Shown: piece by piece, positions 12,496 to 23,292 of the stretch
How positions within the stretch are numbered: position 1 is the stretch's first letter
How the letters are laid out: every line of letters begins with the position of its first letter
Assembly: GCA_052389315.1 (NCBI GenBank)
Contig: JBQTIE010000178.1
Location: forward strand, 5,923-69,922
Length of the DNA stretch: 64,000 nt
DNA from: Acidobacteriota bacterium
Lineage (GTDB): Bacteria > Acidobacteriota > Vicinamibacteria > Vicinamibacterales > UBA2999
Reading direction: 5' to 3'
Position numbers and translations under genes: made by a program
Notes under the pieces: generated by a model
Databases searched by the model: none
Told to the model about the DNA's origin: nothing
What the model saw: only the letters and a program-made list of their open reading frames with translations

Positions 12496-13785
12496 CTACT
12501 GGACCGTGATGGTCACCCGGGCGAGGGCCGTCCGATTGGCGGCGTCCCGTACCCTCACGCTGACGGTGTAGGTCCCGGCCGCCGCGAATCGATAAGTGGC
12601 GGTGCCGAAGGCCGCTGATCCCGACGGGCTGACGTAGTCCACCGACCCATCACCAAAGGTGAACGTATACCCCGAGATGGGGGACGGCCCGGTGGAACCG
12701 CGTGCGTCGAAGAAGAAGACCGTCGTCGTCGTGCCCGAGCTGGGCGACACGGTCAGCGCCGGGATGATCCCGGTGCCCTGCGCACCGACGGTGACCGTTT
12801 GCTGGACAGTCCCCTTCAAGCCCGCATCGTCGGTGACGGTCAGCGTGACCGTGTAGGTCCCTGCCACGTCGTAGCCCTTGCTGATCGAGATCCCGGTGCC
12901 GGTGCGGCCTGACCCGAAGTTCCAGTCATAAGAGACGATGCGGCGACCCGTGGCCGCTCGCGACCCTTCGGCGGTAAAGAAGATCTCCTGGCTCACGGCG
13001 GGCGCCGACGGGGAGAACGTGAACAGCGCCGTTGGAGGCGTTCCCCCACCCACGGTGATGGGCTGCGCCACCGAGGCGGATGCCCCGCGCGCGTCCCTCG
13101 CCGTCAGCCGTACCTGATAGGTGCCAGGGGCCGTGTACTGATAGGTGGCGAAGATGCCGGTTCCCGTGCCGCCGTCACCGAAGTCCCACGCATACGTGCA
13201 GACGACGCCGCACTGGGCCCCGTCGTCCTGGGTGGCCGAGGCGTCGAAGACGACGTTGGTCAGTACGGCCGGACTCGGAGGGGTAAAGGAGAACTGCGGC
13301 ACCGGCGGCCCCGGATTGGGCGGGAGCAGGACGCCGGGCGTGACGAGGCGCACCAGCACCGTCCGGCGGACGTCGGCGGTGTAGTCGTTGCCGATGGGCG
13401 TTACGCGAATCGTCACCGTCGCCTCGAAGTCGACTGGCTCGGCTGGCCGCGGCGGCGCGGTGTAGGTGACTCTCGCCCGCCCGTCCTCGCCCGTGACGAC
13501 CGTCTTTGTCGAAAGTGTCCCGAAATCCTGCACGACCCCGTCGACGACGATCTCGATACGCAGCGGCAGCCCCCGGGAGGGACGGCCATCCGGCCCCGAG
13601 GCGTCGATCTGCACGATCGATTGAGACGCACCGTCCTGGAAGATGCTGTCGGGTACGGCCTGGAGATTGAGACGCAGCCCCAGCTCCGATGGCCCGGCAA
13701 GTGGCGGCGCGGCGGTTTTGTCAACCGTGCAGGCAGCCGCCAGCGTCGCCAAGATGACGAGACTGGATTTGGTGAGCGTGCTCAT
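12496..13785 (-). CDS. lipoprotein with Ig-like N-domain and three PKD repeats
   Basis: Lipobox ILATLAAAC. Three repeats carry the PKD signature: YAWDFGDGGTGTG...YTAPGTYQVRLTARD, YDWNFGSGRTGTG...GTYTVTLTVTDD and YTFTFGDGS...GTYTVSVRVRD. Confidence 0.75.
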   Translation of the reverse strand: MSTLTKSSLVILATLAAACTVDKTAAPPLAGPSELGLRLNLQAVPDSIFQDGASQSIVQIDASGPDGRPSRGLPLRIEIVVDGVVQDFGTLSTKTVVTGEDGRARVTYTAPPRPAEPVDFEATVTIRVTPIGNDYTADVRRTVLVRLVTPGVLLPPNPGPPVPQFSFTPPSPAVLTNVVFDASATQDDGAQCGVVCTYAWDFGDGGTGTGIFATYQYTAPGTYQVRLTARDARGASASVAQPITVGGGTPPTALFTFSPSAPAVSQEIFFTAEGSRAATGRRIVSYDWNFGSGRTGTGISISKGYDVAGTYTVTLTVTDDAGLKGTVQQTVTVGAQGTGIIPALTVSPSSGTTTTVFFFDARGSTGPSPISGYTFTFGDGSVDYVSPSGSAAFGTATYRFAAAGTYTVSVRVRDAANRTALARVTITVQ

Positions 13786-13818
13786 GACCGGTGTGTCTCC
13801 AATGCTCGGCCTCCAGCG

Positions 13819-14472
13819 CTACTGCGGGTCGGCGAAATCACCAAACTGCACCGTAATCGTGGCGAAGGCCTCGATGGCGTTGCCCGCCTGATCGCGCCCC
13901 CAGAAATTGATCTCGGCGATGGTCGAGATGAACAGCGACCCGCCGAGTCCGATGAGGTTACGGAGGGGCGACTCCAGCTTGGCCTGATGGCGCACGATGT
14001 CGAACGACTGCGTCGCGGTCCCGTTGGAGGGAATGGTGACCGTAAAGGCGCCGTCGAAGGCGTACGGCACATCGACGCCTTGCGTGTTCCGCCCGTCGGA
14101 CCGCTTGAAGGTCACGCGATACCGTGTCAGGGTGACCTCGTTCAGCGTCGTCGGACCAAGCGGCGCGGTTGCGGTTCCGGGATTCTTCAGGCTCAAACGA
14201 AACGTGACGCGTGCCAGGTCGTTGAAGATCGTGGGCGTCATGACCGTCTGGCCGTTCACCGTCGTCGGAACGAGGGTCTGCACGTCGGAGAGCAGGTTGC
14301 TCGCGAAGGTGTTGGGGGCTGTGCCTGCCGCCGCTTCGATGGATTCGACGATGACGTAGGTGGGCGCGCGGCCTGTGCGAGCGACCTCGCCGCAGGAGAT
14401 CGACGTCAGCGATGCCGCCAGAATGCCGGCCGCGACGGTGAAACGGGTAATCGGAGTGACTGGAAGCCTCAT
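13819..14472 (-). CDS. hypothetical lipoprotein (beta-rich)
   Basis: 217 aa with signal peptide plus lipobox AASLTSISC. High GC3. Starts 9 nt downstream of the pilQ stop. No family recognised. Confidence 0.6.
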   Translation of the reverse strand: MRLPVTPITRFTVAAGILAASLTSISCGEVARTGRAPTYVIVESIEAAAGTAPNTFASNLLSDVQTLVPTTVNGQTVMTPTIFNDLARVTFRLSLKNPGTATAPLGPTTLNEVTLTRYRVTFKRSDGRNTQGVDVPYAFDGAFTVTIPSNGTATQSFDIVRHQAKLESPLRNLIGLGGSLFISTIAEINFWGRDQAGNAIEAFATITVQFGDFADPQ

Positions 14473-14481
14473 GGCGACTGG

Positions 14482-16305
14482 TCAACCTTTCGTGATGCGC
14501 GGCGTGATGAAGATGAGAAGCTCTCGGCTCTCGTCGCTCACCTGGTCGCGCTTGAACAGCCAGCCCAGCAGCGGAATCCGGTGCATCAACGGCACGCGGT
14601 CGTTCGACGCCTGCTCGATGCTGACATAGATGCCCCCAATGACCGTCGTTTCTCCATCGGCCACGAGCACCGTCGTGACGGCCCGCTGCGTGTCGATCGG
14701 TGGAATCCCGTTGACAGCGCGACTGAAGTCCGGCGTCGCGTTCTCGAGAAACACGCGCATGATGATGGTGCTCGAGGCGGTGATCTGCGGTGTGACGCGA
14801 AGCGTCAGCGCCGCATCCTTGAAGTTCACCGTGACGGTGTTGTTGGCGACGGTTTGAATCGGAATCTGGACGCCTTGCGTCATCTCCGCTTCGACGTTGT
14901 TCTGGGTCGAGACGCGCGGGGTCGACAGCAGGCGACCACGCCCGGTCGATTCCAGCTGCGACAGCACCAGGTCGAGATTGAGAGCGCCGTTGACAGCGCC
15001 GAGGGCGATCCCGACGGCGCTGCTCGCCGCGGGGGCGCGAAGGTTGACGCCGGTGTCGGTGCTCCCGCCCACCGGTCCCTGCCCACCGCCGGTGGCGCCC
15101 CGCACGCTGCCGTTGTTCGGGAAGGCGAGGTTCGTCGTGTTCCCGAGCGCCGGGTCGATCCGGCCGTTGAATCCCCACTCCACCCCGATGGCTCTGGCAA
15201 AATCACGGGTCGTCTGCACGATCCGGGCTTCGATTTCCACCTGCGGCTGCGGCAGGTCGAGGGCCTTGATGAGGTCTTCCGCCGTCGTCAGGCGCTCCTG
15301 CAGGTCGCGCACGATCAGCGTGTTGGTCCGGGTGTCCACCTGCACTTCGCCGCGGGCCGACAACGCGCTGCGCGTCAAGATGGGCACGAGCTCCGGGGCC
15401 TTCGCGTAGCTGAGCGGCCAGGTGAGCACCCGGAGCTCCCCGGACAGCGCCTGAGCGTCAGCCAGCCGGCGGCGATCTTCCTCTTCCTGAGCCAGCACGT
15501 TCAGCGGGGCGATGCGAACGACGGTCCCGTCGACCGCGTAACCGAGCTTGTTGGCCTTGAGGATGATGTCCAACGCCTGGTCCCACGGCACGTCGCGAAG
15601 CGCCACGTCGACGCTGCCCGCGATGGTGGGGTCGATCACGATATTGAGCCCGCTGATCTCGGCGAAGGTTCGCAGGACCGATCGAAGGTCGGCGCCCTGA
15701 AAGTCCAACGTCACGGCATGACCCGTGAACCGAGGCGTTTGCGACGTTGGTGGCGGCGCGGCCTGCCCGACCACGGGCGGCGCCGGAGGTGCCTGCGCGG
15801 CGGTCCGCACGGCCACGACGGCAGGTGCCGGTGACAGCGGCGTCTCGGCACCCGAGGAGCGATCCACCTCAACGACGATGACGTTCTTGGTGCTTCGAAC
15901 GCGATGGGTGGCCGGATAGGCCAGCCTCACGCGCACTCGAGCGAGCTCGGCTCCGTCGCCGGCGACGGCTTCCTCAACGGCCACGTGCGAGACCGGCGGC
16001 AGGGGCCCCAGGATGCCGGACGGCAGCTCGCCTGCTCGAACGTTCCGGAGATCGACGAGCACGGTCAGCGGGTCCGGTTGCGTCGTCACGTAGGCGACGG
16101 GCTCACTCGACTCGATCAGCACCCGGCTGCGCGAGCCGTCGATCTCGGTGGAGATCGTCTTCAAGATGGCACGGGGCGCGGCAGCTGTGGGCCTCGGATC
16201 GGTATTGGCCCCGACCGTGCCCGCCGCGACGACCGCTGCCAGCATCCAGACGCTCGCGCGAGCGGCCCGAGCACGCGGCCCGATCCTGACGTGACGCTCC
16301 ATCAC
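14482..16305 (-). CDS. pilQ: type IV pilus secretin
   Basis: 607 aa: signal peptide, two AMIN-like N-domains, N0 region FQGADLRSVLRTFAEISGLNIVID, and a C-terminal secretin domain (RIPLLGWLFK, LLIFITPRI). ATGA overlap with pilP. Confidence 0.9.
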   Translation of the reverse strand: MMERHVRIGPRARAARASVWMLAAVVAAGTVGANTDPRPTAAAPRAILKTISTEIDGSRSRVLIESSEPVAYVTTQPDPLTVLVDLRNVRAGELPSGILGPLPPVSHVAVEEAVAGDGAELARVRVRLAYPATHRVRSTKNVIVVEVDRSSGAETPLSPAPAVVAVRTAAQAPPAPPVVGQAAPPPTSQTPRFTGHAVTLDFQGADLRSVLRTFAEISGLNIVIDPTIAGSVDVALRDVPWDQALDIILKANKLGYAVDGTVVRIAPLNVLAQEEEDRRRLADAQALSGELRVLTWPLSYAKAPELVPILTRSALSARGEVQVDTRTNTLIVRDLQERLTTAEDLIKALDLPQPQVEIEARIVQTTRDFARAIGVEWGFNGRIDPALGNTTNLAFPNNGSVRGATGGGQGPVGGSTDTGVNLRAPAASSAVGIALGAVNGALNLDLVLSQLESTGRGRLLSTPRVSTQNNVEAEMTQGVQIPIQTVANNTVTVNFKDAALTLRVTPQITASSTIIMRVFLENATPDFSRAVNGIPPIDTQRAVTTVLVADGETTVIGGIYVSIEQASNDRVPLMHRIPLLGWLFKRDQVSDESRELLIFITPRITKG

Positions 16306-16763
16306 TTGACCTCTCCACGAAGGCTCTTGCGGATCTCACGCTGTTTTTCGAGTGACAAGGGGTCCTCGACATCCTGCATGAACACCACAGCCTCCGGCGT
16401 TATGGCGCGCACGTTGCCGTCGAACAGGCGGTCCCCGGGGCGAATGGAATACGTACGGCCACCCGGCACACTGACCATGGCCATGTGTTCGTCGCGGCTC
16501 TGCAGGAAGCCTCGAATCACGACTTCGTCGATGAGGAGGCCCGCCACGCCGGGCGGCCGTGAACGCTCCCCGGCCGAGGGCGTGCCGCTCTCGAGGCCTC
16601 GGTTGACCAAGGTCACAAACGGATCGCGACGGCCATCGGCGGCATAGGCGTAGTCCGGTGGCGGCGTCGGCGCGACGTCGGCGGGCGGTACGGTGGGGGT
16701 GGCGGGTGGCGGCGCTTGCCCGCTCGCCAGCGCGGTGAACAGCAGGGTCAGCACCATCGTCAT
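16302..16763 (-). CDS. pilP: pilus assembly protein PilP (by position and size)
   Basis: 153 aa from ATG 16763 (MTMVLTLLFTALASG...). ATGA overlaps at both ends (pilO stop, pilQ start). Pro-rich linker then a beta domain. The longer ORF-track start 17009 lies inside pilO. Confidence 0.7.
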   Translation of the reverse strand: MTMVLTLLFTALASGQAPPPATPTVPPADVAPTPPPDYAYAADGRRDPFVTLVNRGLESGTPSAGERSRPPGVAGLLIDEVVIRGFLQSRDEHMAMVSVPGGRTYSIRPGDRLFDGNVRAITPEAVVFMQDVEDPLSLEKQREIRKSLRGEVK

Positions 16764-17386
16764 GCGGCCTTCTTCCCCGACTTCGCCTTCGGAGCGGCCT
16801 TCTTCGTCTCCGAGGCCGGCGCCGCGGGTTCGATGAGCACGAACGTTGTCGCGGTACAAGTGACCGCGATCGTGGAATCTGGTCGCGGCTGTGGCTTGCC
16901 TTCGATCGTCAGGCTGCCCACGTTGATGATTCGTGGAAACTTGCTGACCTTGTCGAGAAACACCCCGAGGTTGTGGTACGTGCCCTCCAGCTCGAGACTG
17001 ATGGGCCACTCGGCATGCAGCTCGCGCGTGTTGGTCGACTGCGGGCGGAACCCTCGAATGGTCAGGTTGGACTGCACGGCCAGCGTGTGCACCCGACGCA
17101 GCAGGTCCGCGGCGTCTTTCTCCTCCGGGAGAATCGGGCGGAGACTGTCGAGCCGTTCTCTCAAATCTGCGACGTCCTTGCGAAACTCCTGGAGCTGGCG
17201 CGCGGTGGCCAGGCCCTTGTCGATGCGAGCGCGCACCGACGACAGTTCGTTCTCCTGTGCCGCCAGGCGCGCCTGCACTGGCGTTTCAACGACGTAGTAG
17301 AACGCGCCTGCGGCGGCAACCGACAGCACGGCGAACACGCCGAGCTGCACCTTCCACGACAGCTTGCTGAGCGAGAGGTCAGCCAA
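16760..17386 (-). CDS. pilO: type IV pilus assembly protein PilO
   Basis: 208 aa with a single N-terminal TM (VQLGVFAVLSVAAAGAFYYVV), a coiled coil and a C-terminal ferredoxin-like part. Sits between pilN and pilP. Confidence 0.8.
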   Translation of the reverse strand: MADLSLSKLSWKVQLGVFAVLSVAAAGAFYYVVETPVQARLAAQENELSSVRARIDKGLATARQLQEFRKDVADLRERLDSLRPILPEEKDAADLLRRVHTLAVQSNLTIRGFRPQSTNTRELHAEWPISLELEGTYHNLGVFLDKVSKFPRIINVGSLTIEGKPQPRPDSTIAVTCTATTFVLIEPAAPASETKKAAPKAKSGKKAA

Positions 17387-18017
17387 CTTGCCCTCCCTTC
17401 CCAGGACCCTTCTTGCGCCCGCGGCTCTCAGGGGCCGGCTGGTCGATGCCCGTCATGTGAAAGGTGCCTTTGATCGTGAATTCGATGAGCTCAGGCCCTC
17501 CGCGTGTGGTGGAGACGACCTCGCTCGAGATGATCTCGACCGGTCGTTTGAAATAGCGTGTGGCCTCGAGGTTGGCGACGAAGTCCGACAGGGCTGTCAA
17601 CGACATGCAGCGGCCTTCGAGCGTCACCTCGTAGCCCGCCTGTTTGAGCGTGGTAAGCCACGTCATTTCGGGAAGGGCCCGACTGATTTGGTCGATGATG
17701 TGGACGGGAGCCGTTTGTCCCCGCCGAAGCTCGTCGATGAGCGCCACCCGCTGCTGCAACTGGGTGCGCTGGGTCTCGAACTCGCTGACCTGCTTGATGA
17801 CCTCCGACAGGCGGGATTCCTCGCGATGCGCGGCCACGATGTCGCTGGCCACCCGCGCTTCGGACTGGGTCAGGGACCAATACCGCCAGCCGAGACCGAC
17901 GGCCGACAGCACGAGGAGCAGGCTGCCGGCGATGGTGACCCGCTGCCCGAGGTTGAGCGACGGCGTCCGGCTCTTGCCCGCTCGCCTCTCGGCGCCGATC
18001 AGGTTGATGCGAATCAT
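17379..18017 (-). CDS. pilN: type IV pilus assembly protein PilN
   Basis: 212 aa with the conserved MIRINLIG N-terminus that binds PilM, one TM helix and a coiled coil. ATGA overlap with the pilM stop. Confidence 0.85.
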   Translation of the reverse strand: MIRINLIGAERRAGKSRTPSLNLGQRVTIAGSLLLVLSAVGLGWRYWSLTQSEARVASDIVAAHREESRLSEVIKQVSEFETQRTQLQQRVALIDELRRGQTAPVHIIDQISRALPEMTWLTTLKQAGYEVTLEGRCMSLTALSDFVANLEATRYFKRPVEIISSEVVSTTRGGPELIEFTIKGTFHMTGIDQPAPESRGRKKGPGKGGQVG

Positions 18018-19075
18018 CGATCCCCCACCCGCCGCAACGCCAGTCCGAGGGCGATCGCGACCACTGGTGCCGCATCGTCACGGTTCACACCCAGCCTCTC
18101 GGCGTCGAAGGCGACCTGCCGGAATGGATCGAACTGTTCGACGGCCACGCTGAAGCGCTCCTTCATGGCGTCTGCGAATCCTTCGATACGGGACGCACCG
18201 CCGCTCAGGACGATGGCGCCGAGCGGTGTGTCGCCGGCCGTCGACTTGAAGAAGTCCAGGGTCTTTTCAATCTCGAGCAACAGCTGCTCCGTGATGGCCT
18301 TGAAGACCGGCCTGGCGTCGTCGATCGACGCTCCCTCCACGGATTGGCCCTTCTTCAGCCGTTCGGCCGTATCGAACGACAGGCTCAGCTCTCGCTGCAG
18401 TGCCTCGGTAAAGGTGTTGCCTCCCATCGAGATGTCGCGCGTGAACACCGACTGCCCGCCCGACACGATGTTGACGTTGATCGCGCTCGCGCCGAGATTC
18501 AACAGCGCGACCAGGCGCGCCTTGTCGACGCCGTAGTTGGCTTCGTAGGCGTTCTGGAAGGCGAACGCATCGACATCCACCACGGCCGCCGTCCGACCGG
18601 CCTGCGCGATGGCGTTGGTGTAGTCGGCGATCTTGTCCTTCTTGGCGGCGACCACCAGGACTTGCATGGTGCCCTGTGCTCCGGCGTCGGTGCCGGGATC
18701 GATGACTTCGTAGTCCAGGCTGACGTCCTGGATATCGAAGGGGATGTACTGTTCAGCTTCCCAATAGATCGATTCGGCGAGCTCCGCTTCACTCATCAGC
18801 GGCACCGCAATCTTCTTGACGATGACGGCATGGCCGGATAACGAGGTCGCCACCTCCTTGGACCTGAACTGCATGTTCGCCAGCAGGCGCCGCACGGCTT
18901 CGGTGACGGCGCTCGAGTCGATGATCGCGCCGTCGACGATGCTGTCGGCGGGCACCGGCTCGACAGCGAAGGCCGAGACGCGATACCCCTTGCCTGCGGT
19001 CTTCAGTTCGACCGCCTTGACGGCGCTCGACCCGATGTCCAAACCGACGACGCTCTTGGAGCGGCCAAAGAACAC
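18014..19075 (-). CDS. pilM: type IV pilus assembly ATPase-fold protein PilM
   Basis: Actin-like fold beginning VVGLDIGSSAVKAVEL. GTG 19075 chosen because AGGAGA lies 8 nt upstream and the length (353 aa) is typical. ORF-track start is 19123. Confidence 0.9.
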   Translation of the reverse strand: MFFGRSKSVVGLDIGSSAVKAVELKTAGKGYRVSAFAVEPVPADSIVDGAIIDSSAVTEAVRRLLANMQFRSKEVATSLSGHAVIVKKIAVPLMSEAELAESIYWEAEQYIPFDIQDVSLDYEVIDPGTDAGAQGTMQVLVVAAKKDKIADYTNAIAQAGRTAAVVDVDAFAFQNAYEANYGVDKARLVALLNLGASAINVNIVSGGQSVFTRDISMGGNTFTEALQRELSLSFDTAERLKKGQSVEGASIDDARPVFKAITEQLLLEIEKTLDFFKSTAGDTPLGAIVLSGGASRIEGFADAMKERFSVAVEQFDPFRQVAFDAERLGVNRDDAAPVVAIALGLALRRVGDR

Positions 19076-19301
19076 GATATGGGTCTCCTGGTGCTCCGCG
19101 GCGTTGCGCCCATGGCGAGCCACCGCGGGGGGGCGGATGGTGCAAAGAGGGGCAGGAACGTGCCCACCCCCGACTTCCTCACCCGTTTGCGGTTATCGGC
19201 ACGTCCTTGCGCGAGATACAGGCCCCGCCAGACGTCGGCCGGCCAGCCGGCGCGCCTGGACGCCCCCCGGCCGGCGGTGGCGCCCCGATGGCGCCGGGAA
19301 G

Positions 19302-19331
19302 TTGACGATCGGCGGCAAGTCGTCGTATGAT
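19302..19331 (+). promoter_or_regulatory. sigma70-type promoter candidate for rplM-rpsI
   Basis: TTGACG, 18-nt spacer, TATGAT. The -10 ends 45 nt before the rplM ATG. An AGGAG/AAGGA SD lies in the leader. Confidence 0.45.
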
Positions 19332-19376
19332 TTGGGTTTGCCGTCGCTCGGCAGAGGAGCGTAAGGAACCATTCGC

Positions 19377-19808
19377 ATGCGGACGTACGTCGCAACCCCC
19401 ACGCCTGGCGCGCGCCAGTGGCACGTCATCGACGCCGAAGGCAAGGCCCTCGGGCGCATCGCCACGCAGGCGGCCAAGCTCCTGCAGGGCAAGCACAGGC
19501 CCAGCTACACACCTTTTCTCGACACGGGCGATCACGTCGTGATCGTCAACGCAGCACAGGTGCGCCTCACCGGCCGCAAGGAGCAGCAAAAGCTCTATCG
19601 GCAGCACAGCGGCTATTCCGGCGGCCTGCGGGAGCAGCGTGCCAGCCAGGTTCGCGAGCGCCAGCCGGTCCGGATGCTCGAACACGCGGTTCGAGGAATG
19701 TTGCCGAAGACCAAGCTCGGCGACGCCATGTATCGGAAACTCAAGGTCTACGCCGGCAAGGATCACCCGCATGCCGCGCAGCAGCCCCACCAGTACGAGG
19801 TCGCATAA
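19377..19808 (+). CDS. rplM: 50S ribosomal protein L13
   Basis: 143 aa: [45 protein letters not shown]. Confidence 0.97.
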   Translation: MRTYVATPTPGARQWHVIDAEGKALGRIATQAAKLLQGKHRPSYTPFLDTGDHVVIVNAAQVRLTGRKEQQKLYRQHSGYSGGLREQRASQVRERQPVRMLEHAVRGMLPKTKLGDAMYRKLKVYAGKDHPHAAQQPHQYEVA

Positions 19809-19809
19809 T

Positions 19810-20202
19810 TTGGCCGCCACGCAACACTACGCCACAGGGCGCCGCAAGGAATCGACGGCGCGTGTGTTTCTGCGCCCGGGGTCGGGCGCCATTACCGTCA
19901 ACTATCGTGAGTTCGCCGACTACTTCCCCTCCGAGGCGCTTCGCCTGCAGGTGAAGCGGCCGCTGTTGCTGACTGAGACGGCCGACAAGTTCGACATCCT
20001 CGCCACCGTTGCCGGCGGTGGCGTCACCGGGCAGGCTGGGGCCATTCGGCTCGGGATCGCGCGCGCGCTCTGCGAAATCGCCAGCGATCATCGTCCCGCG
20101 CTCAAGAAGGAAGGCCTGCTCACCCGGGACGCGCGGGCCAAGGAACGCAAGAAGTACGGCATGGCCGGAGCGCGCAAGCGCTTCCAGTTCAGCAAACGGT
20201 AG
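19810..20202 (+). CDS. rpsI: 30S ribosomal protein S9
   Basis: 130 aa from TTG 19810, 1 nt after the rplM stop. [19 protein letters not shown] near the N-terminus and C-terminal KRFQFSKR. Confidence 0.95.
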   Translation: MAATQHYATGRRKESTARVFLRPGSGAITVNYREFADYFPSEALRLQVKRPLLLTETADKFDILATVAGGGVTGQAGAIRLGIARALCEIASDHRPALKKEGLLTRDARAKERKKYGMAGARKRFQFSKR

Positions 20203-20233
20203 TCGTCATGGAGGCAGCTTGAGCCCGCTCGCG

Positions 20234-21034
20234 ATGAAAGACCTGCTCGAGGCAGGTGTGCACTTCGGCCATCAGACCAAGCGCTGGAACCCCAAGATGA
20301 AGCCATTCATCTTCGGCGAACGTTCCGGCATCTACATCATCGACCTTGGCAAGACGGTCACGCTCTTCAAGCACGCCGAGGAGTTCGTCCGGCAGCTCGG
20401 CGCGGAAGGCAAGACGGTTCTGTTTGTCGGCACCAAGCGACAGGCGCAGGATGTCATCGCCGAGGAAGCGACGCGCTCCGGCATGTACTACGTCAACGAA
20501 CGATGGCTCGGCGGGTTGCTCACCAATTTCACCACGATCCAGCGCAGCATCGGGCGTCTCCGCGACCTCGAAGCGATGGCGACCGACGGCCGCTACGAGT
20601 TCATGCCGAAGAAGGAGATCGCGCGCGCGGAAAAAGAAAAGCGCAAGCTCCAGAAGAACCTCGAAGGCATCCGCCACATGAGCCGGCTGCCCGACGCCCT
20701 GTTCGTCGTCGACACGCGCAAAGAGAAGATTGCCGTCGATGAGGCGCGCAAGCTCAAGATTCCCGTCGTGGGGATCGTGGACACCAACTGCGATCCGGAT
20801 GAAGTGGATTTCGCGGTGCCTGGAAACGATGACGCGCTACGAGCCATCCGGCTCTTTGCCGCCCGCATCGCCGAGGCCGTGATGGATGGGCGTGGCGCCC
20901 GCGAGTCGGCGATGGCCGACCAGGCCTCGGCCGACGCCGAGGCCGCCGCCGAAGCCGAGGCCAACCGGACCGTGCGGCCCGCCAATCACCGGCGGCCCCA
21001 GCGTCCCAACGAAACACCCGTGCCCCAGGCGTGA
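20234..21034 (+). CDS. rpsB: 30S ribosomal protein S2
   Basis: [38 protein letters not shown]. An alternative in-frame TTG at 20219 lies 4 nt after a GGAGG. ORF-track start 20009 lies inside rpsI. Confidence 0.93.
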   Translation: MKDLLEAGVHFGHQTKRWNPKMKPFIFGERSGIYIIDLGKTVTLFKHAEEFVRQLGAEGKTVLFVGTKRQAQDVIAEEATRSGMYYVNERWLGGLLTNFTTIQRSIGRLRDLEAMATDGRYEFMPKKEIARAEKEKRKLQKNLEGIRHMSRLPDALFVVDTRKEKIAVDEARKLKIPVVGIVDTNCDPDEVDFAVPGNDDALRAIRLFAARIAEAVMDGRGARESAMADQASADAEAAAEAEANRTVRPANHRRPQRPNETPVPQA

Positions 21035-21124
21035 GCGGGCCGATCCCGCCGCCGGGGCCCGAGGGCCCCGTCCCTTCACACGCGCCGGCCCCCCGCCGGC
21101 GCTTTCGCGTACGGAGTCAGTGAA

Positions 21125-21727
21125 ATGGCCATCACGGCGGGACAAATCAAGCAACTCCGCGACAAAACGGGCGCGGGCATGATGGACTGCAAATCGGCAC
21201 TCAGCGAGGCGGGGGGCGACGCCGAGAAAGCGGTCGAGATCCTCCGCAAAAAGGGCCTCGCGTCGGCCGCCAAACGGGCGGGCCGCGCCACCAAGGACGG
21301 CATCGTCGGGCACTACATCCATATGGGCGGCAAAGTCGGAGTGCTGGTCGAGGTGAACTGCGAGACGGATTTCGTGGCCCGAACCACCGATTTCCAATCC
21401 TTGGCCAAGGAGCTCGCGATGCACATCGCCGCCGCCGCCCCGCAATACGTCAAGCGTGACGACATCCCCAGCGACGTCCTCGACAAAGAGCGTGAGATCT
21501 ACCGCGCGCAGTTTGCCGACACCGGCAAGCCCGCGCACGTCATCGACAAGATCGCCGAGGGCAAGCTCGAGAGCTACTTTGCCCAGGTCTGCCTGCTGGA
21601 CCAGCCCTCGGTGCGCGATCCCAACGTGACTATCGGTCAGATGGTGACCAGCGCTGCGGCAAAGACAGGGGAGAACGTCACCGTGTCCCGCTTTGTCCGC
21701 TTCAAGCTCGGCGAATTGGCCGAGTAG
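21125..21727 (+). CDS. tsf: translation elongation factor Ts (short form)
   Basis: 200 aa: ITAGQIKQLRDKTGAGMMDCKSALSEAGGDAEKAVEILRKKG. GGAGT SD upstream. Confidence 0.95.
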   Translation: MAITAGQIKQLRDKTGAGMMDCKSALSEAGGDAEKAVEILRKKGLASAAKRAGRATKDGIVGHYIHMGGKVGVLVEVNCETDFVARTTDFQSLAKELAMHIAAAAPQYVKRDDIPSDVLDKEREIYRAQFADTGKPAHVIDKIAEGKLESYFAQVCLLDQPSVRDPNVTIGQMVTSAAAKTGENVTVSRFVRFKLGELAE

Positions 21728-22534
<807 letters not shown>

Positions 22535-22560
22535 GGCGGGCTCTGCAAAAAGGATGACCC

Positions 22561-23133
22561 ATGGACGTTCCCGACCTGAAAACTCTGTACGCTGAAGTCA
22601 AGAAGCGCATGGACGGCCACCTCGAGTTTCTTCGGAAGGAACTGGCCGGCGTGCGGACGGGCCGCGCCTCGACCGGCCTCCTCGAGTCGGTGCACGTGGA
22701 GGCGTACGGCACGCGCATGCCTCTCAACCAGGTCGCCACCCTGTCCATCCCCGAGCCGTCACTGATCGTGGCGCAGCCGTTCGACCCTTCGCTCATGGGT
22801 GCGATTGAAAAGGCGATTCGCGCGTCCGATCTCGGCTTGAACCCGGCCAACGACGGAAAGGTCATCCGCATCCCGATTCCGGCCCTGACCGACGAGCGGC
22901 GCAAGGAGCTGTCTCGTCACGTGCACAAGACCGCCGAGGAGGGCCGCAACCACGTCCGCGTGGTCCGTCGAGAGGCCAACGACCGTCTGAAGAAGCTGCT
23001 GAAGGATCACCAGATCTCGGAGGACGACGACAAGCGGGCCCTCGAAGAAGTGCAGAAGATCACCGACCAGCACGTGATGCTGATCGACGAGATGCAGCAG
23101 AAGAAGGACCAGGAGTTGCTGGGCAAGGGCTAA
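22561..23133 (+). CDS. frr: ribosome recycling factor
   Basis: 190 aa. GRASTGLLESVHVEAYG, IRIPIPALTDERRKEL and a C-terminal KITDQHV-type helix. Confidence 0.95.
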   Translation: MDVPDLKTLYAEVKKRMDGHLEFLRKELAGVRTGRASTGLLESVHVEAYGTRMPLNQVATLSIPEPSLIVAQPFDPSLMGAIEKAIRASDLGLNPANDGKVIRIPIPALTDERRKELSRHVHKTAEEGRNHVRVVRREANDRLKKLLKDHQISEDDDKRALEEVQKITDQHVMLIDEMQQKKDQELLGKG

Positions 23134-23292
23134 CGAGGCCCTGCCTGAGACCGCCAAGCCTGTGACGTCATCAAGGCCTCGTCAGCCCTTATGTTGTCTT
23201 GCCCCGCCGCCGGCGGCGCGGTCGCCTCGACGGAGAAACTTGACTCATCTTGTCAACATTCGGGGCCGTCAAGGCTCCTAGCCCGACCGTCC

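Noticed and set aside
13621-15834. 737-aa plus-strand ORF covering the pilQ region
   Set aside because: It runs antisense to a secretin gene with clear motifs. The product is an Arg/Gly/His/Asp-rich low-complexity string with no motifs. Long stop-free antisense frames are expected in GC-rich coding DNA.
19127-19133. G7 (C7 on the pilM strand) homopolymer about 50 nt upstream of pilM as a phase-variation tract
   Set aside because: Seven residues is short for slipped-strand switching, and such runs are expected by chance in DNA this GC-rich. No promoter elements flank it at a spacing that a 1-nt change would tune.
23133-23182. Hairpin ACGAGGCC...GGCCTCGT after frr as an intrinsic terminator
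   Set aside because: The 8-bp stem encloses a 34-nt loop and the downstream T content is modest, so it is not a convincing terminator. It could still be a structured element, but I cannot support a call.
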